From positions 1 through 64,000 of the forward strand of contig CAWDGJ010000007.1 of assembly GCA_963801815.1 (NCBI GenBank): 64,000 nucleotides of DNA. The letters run 5' to 3'. Below are positions 61,301 to 64,000 of this stretch, one piece after another (within the stretch, counting starts at the first letter, position 1; the number at the start of each line of letters is the position of its first letter). Made by a program: the position numbers and the translations under genes. The stretch is from an uncultured Verrucomicrobiae bacterium (GTDB lineage Bacteria; Verrucomicrobiota; Verrucomicrobiia; Chthoniobacterales; UBA10450). Under the pieces are notes generated by a model, which saw only the letters and a program-made list of their open reading frames with translations, was not told the origin of the DNA and searched no databases.

Positions 61301-61724
61301 TATATTGAATGAGCTGAGTCGCTTCTCCCTGAAGTTCCGACGCGTTGCTCGAAAGCAGCTCTTGAAACCGGTTGCGAGCTTCAGGCCAATCTTTGCTCAG
61401 AAATGGAATCTCAGCCAGGTTGAATCGCGCGTTCCAGAATTTCGGATCGATCCTCAGGGCTTCGCGCAATGCCGCTTCGGCTTTGTCGTAAATCCCCTGC
61501 CGCATGTAAATCACGCCGCGCAAATTCTGCGATTCGGCCAGATCGGGCTGACGCGCGTCGATCCCGTCGAGCTGTTTTAACGCCTCCGGGAAATTGCTAG
61601 AATCAAAAGCGCGAAACGCTTTGTCATACATTGCTTCCAGTTCTGCCTTCGACGGTGCGACGTTATCCGCCGCCAAAGACCCAAGCACGAGCACGGCAAT
61701 AGCCGCGATTTTCCGGAATTTCAT
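58389..61724 (-). CDS. Large bitopic membrane protein: duplicated periplasmic TPR module, TM, acidic Pro-rich linker, repeated beta C-domain
   Basis: Signal peptide; two DTPA..Y..AA...SP.LN..FA.S.Y..GWLQ modules; TM LLVGALVLAGMGLLAWVIV; GGAGG RBS. Confidence 0.85.
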   Translation of the reverse strand: MKFRKIAAIAVLVLGSLAADNVAPSKAELEAMYDKAFRAFDSSNFPEALKQLDGIDARQPDLAESQNLRGVIYMRQGIYDKAEAALREALRIDPKFWNARFNLAEIPFLSKDWPEARNRFQELLSSNASELQGEATQLIQYKILLTYLLEGKENMVDSILAKFELSPDTPAVHYANAAIALQQKNTAEARDWMAQAEKNFSPQLNKLFAESLYEVGWLQKQAGQSRAALELTSAADRTAKTKAFAKSRVEQGLQAFQQRDFASALKFVNDADAADPNQASIITLRGEILMEEKQFDQAEAEFKKALKADPKFRQAQFNLALVPLKKKDYTTARDRFEALLGRTPGGDKGEAAQIIKFNIFMTFLLEGKESRAQKMMEQFQFTGDTPALYYAQAAWEFKHNNPNKATDWITSAKKIYSPALNLVFADSFYDLGWLQSPAVAMSPAPAAEAATALAEAQSEASPAIEPSPIPGTTLAKNKAGAPAIAGMEATAPKPEETAASAAVKEFSSRAPQSFAAGSPAKPDEIPTAAAPTFSPVVETPVAAESVPASAAALPREQAAAAKTAADKPAAQPAAEGPATKAPVVAAVSATPATVLAPARVGEVSRNRVDAQSLLVGALVLAGMGLLAWVIVPEVRRRGFNLPNFRRAAPVTGPQLGGMELAASGSSQKEMKVMPRLTGGPRQVSLKLRASEPSLRRAVVPLSKPGRAFGNGNGNGGSVVLEPSIEGNGKRPLELEPVEETFESVGPILESVGPVVEQGVFPAAAAVESEWAAQKLETPTFEMPQPIIAEPEPMAVEPEPVAMPEPEPFFAQMATMPEPQVEEPMFSPMEAVAQPELEPVGQGQPIPQLTPVEEPSIIEVTEPEPAAFEALRQKSEPFISPEPVIETPIYEPTTPVIMPEPIQIPTAQRGGSPQPAGAMQTAVQLTFAFEIASMQLTPTFKMGALQLRPASKIVTMRLAGSSPQPAMNLQVTFEIARIQPAGGTLGSVRLTPSQQQRPSVVGSPSFTVGGLHLVSDFAAAPLQLTPSQQGQAAVNVVAPFQIATVEFSPSFEISSIVLNSNSKQVMVQLPSAGGAVIEGAPMFEISNLQLTGSGEIGMMQLNLLGQGPRRAA

Positions 61725-61829
61725 GGCCTCCTTTACATGAAACCGTTTTGTCGGGTTGGTTACAAGCCTAAAATTCCGGCGAAGGCAGAAATTTTCTAAC
61801 CCCGGAGTCGAGGGCGCTATTTAACCCCT

Positions 61830-62570
61830 TTACCGGTTCAGGTTTGCCACGATTCGGAGGCCTTCCAGAGTCAAATTCGGATGGACGGCGTCGATTTCAT
61901 TCAAACGGGCGGCGATCAGATCGGCATAGCCGCCGGTCGCGATTACCCGCGCCTTCCTCCCCGAAAAGCGCTCAGATTTGATCCGTAGAATGATCTCACG
62001 CACCAGGCCGCGATAGCCGATTACCGCCCCCGCGCGCATTGCTTCCATTGTAGATTTCCCAACCGCCGACCGCGGTTCCTTGAGCGAAAGTTTGGGCAAA
62101 AGCGCGGTGCGCTGATAAAGAAAATTCGTCATCGACTCCAGGCCCGGCGCAATGACGCCGCCAATATATTTTCGTTGCGCCGAAACGATATCGAACGTAA
62201 CCGCGGTCCCGAAATCGACGACGATTGCCGGGCAACCATAAAGCGCGGCGACCGCCGCTGCATTGGCCAACCGATCCGCGCCGATCGCGTTCGGATTTGG
62301 ATAATCGATTCCAACTCCAAGTTTTGTCCGCGACGTTAACCACAAAATTTTCGTGCGGTTGGCGGCTGCCCGAACCAGCGCGTTTTTCTTTGGCACTACC
62401 GAACAGACAACGATGATGTCGATCTTATGACCGCGAACGAGGTGCTTGAGTCGCGCCCTGCTAAGCCTGGTCGTTTCGATGCGTTTTGGTTTCGAGATTC
62501 GCCCGGGCGTCGAGAATGCCGCTTTCGTGAACGAGTTGCTGATATCGATCAGGAGATAGTTCATCGCCAT
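61830..62570 (-). CDS. coaX: Type III pantothenate kinase
   Basis: IDISNS, GADR, VDFGTA, GGVIAPG, ATGG and LTLEGL. Confidence 0.94.
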   Translation of the reverse strand: MAMNYLLIDISNSFTKAAFSTPGRISKPKRIETTRLSRARLKHLVRGHKIDIIVVCSVVPKKNALVRAAANRTKILWLTSRTKLGVGIDYPNPNAIGADRLANAAAVAALYGCPAIVVDFGTAVTFDIVSAQRKYIGGVIAPGLESMTNFLYQRTALLPKLSLKEPRSAVGKSTMEAMRAGAVIGYRGLVREIILRIKSERFSGRKARVIATGGYADLIAARLNEIDAVHPNLTLEGLRIVANLNR

Positions 62571-62609
62571 TGGCTTGCGAGAGTTTATTCAAACGGGTAG
62601 CCTCGTCGC

Positions 62610-63596
62610 GTGCGAAAATTGGTCCATCGTCCGCGGCGGTTGCGGCGGTCTCCTGCCCTGCGCAACCTCGTGCGCGAAACGAACCTCACTGCGCATGATT
62701 TTGTCTTGCCCCTTTTCGTCAGCGAGAAAATCGATAAACGCCGCGCCATCCCGAGCATGCCCGGCATTTTTCAATTCACAGTCGATGAAGTCGTAGATCA
62801 GGCGCAACAAGCCCAGGACGCGGGACTTCAAGCCATCTTGCTCTTTGGAATTCCCGACAAGAAAAACGAACAAGCCAGCGGCGCCTACGCTGAGAACGGC
62901 GTGATTCAAAAAGCGTTGCGCGCGATCAAAAAGAAATGTCCCGAACTCGTCACGATCACCGACGTTTGCCTTTGTGAATACATGAGCCACGGCCACTGCG
63001 GGGTTACGCGCATCGACGGCGAACATTTTCATGTCCTCAACGATGAATCGGTCGAGCTTTTGGCGAGAACGGCGGTCTCGCACGCAAAAGCTGGCGCGGA
63101 CATGGTCGCGCCAAGTGACATGATGGACGGCCGCATCGGCGCGATCCGGGAAGCGCTCGACGCCAGTGGATTTACCGACACCGGCATCATGAGTTATGCC
63201 GCAAAGTTCGCGTCCGTGTTTTACGGACCATTCCGGGACGCCGCCGAAAGTCCGCCCCAATTTGGCGATCGCCGCACTTATCAAATGGACATCGCGAATG
63301 CTGACGAAGCCTTGCGCGAAGTCGCACTCGATGTGGATGAAGGCGCGGATATTATTATGATCAAGCCTGCTTTGCCCTACCTGGATATTCTGTGGCGTGC
63401 GCGAGAGCGCTTTGGCAAACCCACCGCGGTGTATCACGTCAGCGGCGAATTCGCGATGGTCAAGGCCGCTGCCGAAAGGAAAGTCTTCGACGAGCGCGCC
63501 GCCGTTTTGGAAATCATGACTTCGATCAAGCGGGCCGGTGCCGACATCATCGTCACTTACTGGGCCCGCGAATTGGCCGAATGGACCAACGCCTGA
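62610..63596 (+). CDS. hemB: Porphobilinogen synthase
   Basis: DVCLCEY..HGHCG, APSDMMDGR, FYGPFRDA, IKPAL and VSGEF. Confidence 0.97.
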   Translation: MRKLVHRPRRLRRSPALRNLVRETNLTAHDFVLPLFVSEKIDKRRAIPSMPGIFQFTVDEVVDQAQQAQDAGLQAILLFGIPDKKNEQASGAYAENGVIQKALRAIKKKCPELVTITDVCLCEYMSHGHCGVTRIDGEHFHVLNDESVELLARTAVSHAKAGADMVAPSDMMDGRIGAIREALDASGFTDTGIMSYAAKFASVFYGPFRDAAESPPQFGDRRTYQMDIANADEALREVALDVDEGADIIMIKPALPYLDILWRARERFGKPTAVYHVSGEFAMVKAAAERKVFDERAAVLEIMTSIKRAGADIIVTYWARELAEWTNA

Positions 63597-64000
63597 AAAA
63601 CGGCCGCGGCGAAACCGAGGCACACGCACGATTAAAGCGACTTGCCCTGATTTGGGCGCAACGACAGGGCTATTCGGCTTGTGCGATGGAAGTAACGTTG
63701 CCGAGGTGTCGTTATCGCGCAGATCTCGCGGCTTATTACTCCGGTAGTAGTCGATCGAGCGTCACCGCAGTGTTCGAATGCAAACAAGCACTTGTCGATC
63801 TTCGTCGCGACAACGGCTGCGCCGCGACCACAGGGCGACGTTTGGAAAAAATTCACGCCCGCCGCGAAGTTTTGGAGCGCAACCTTCGCGTACATTACCC
63901 GGCGCTGCGCATCCGCGATTCTCTTTTCGCCGAATTCGACTCGCACAACTTCGAAGCGATCGATCACCGCGGTTACAAACAGGTGCTACGTCAAACGCGT
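63581..64000 (+). CDS. Partial PD-(D/E)xK-like (MmcB-like) protein, runs off the window
   Basis: Not in the ORF track; hand translation gives MDQR..ETEAHARLKRLALIWAQRQGY..CAMEV...RYRADLAAY...FECKQALVDLRRD. Confidence 0.6.
   Translation, partial: MDQRLKNGRGETEAHARLKRLALIWAQRQGYSACAMEVTLPRCRYRADLAAYYSGSSRSSVTAVFECKQALVDLRRDNGCAATTGRRLEKIHARREVLERNLRVHYPALRIRDSLFAEFDSHNFEAIDHRGYKQVLRQTR

Noticed and set aside
63632..63967. Minus-strand 111-aa ORF from the track
   Set aside because: The plus-strand frame from 63581 is more protein-like and is coupled to hemB.

Overview
Gene-dense bacterial core-chromosome segment, most likely from Verrucomicrobiota (Chthoniobacterales-like). The taxon is inferred from gene content and from TGTTC-N4-GAACA LexA boxes. 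It carries housekeeping genes (iscA, dusB, lptG, dinG, lexA, parB, mqnD, tRNA-Tyr, fabF-like pair, lptD, ugd, rsmB, coaX, hemB), hydrolases and transferases, an exbB-exbD-TPR operon and an odd SOS cassette (lexA-SRPBCC-imuA-truncated imuB, no dnaE2). There is no prophage, transposase or CRISPR array. The most striking non-catalogue signal is a family of cassettes in which a four-helix-bundle (TIGR02436/23S-IVS/Avd-like) gene sits between mutually complementary 7-nt tandem-repeat arms, wedged between one gene's stop and the next gene's start. The window holds one intact cassette (4.75-5.17 kb), one decayed cassette inside exbB-exbD (36.55-36.76 kb), an empty hairpin, many solo arms with consistent strand polarity, and arms read in-frame inside proteins. 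Several genes (tricorn, glgE, SufR-like, ygfZ, lptD) carry single-base frameshifts that are probably assembly errors. All family calls come from recognising motifs by eye; no database searches were run.
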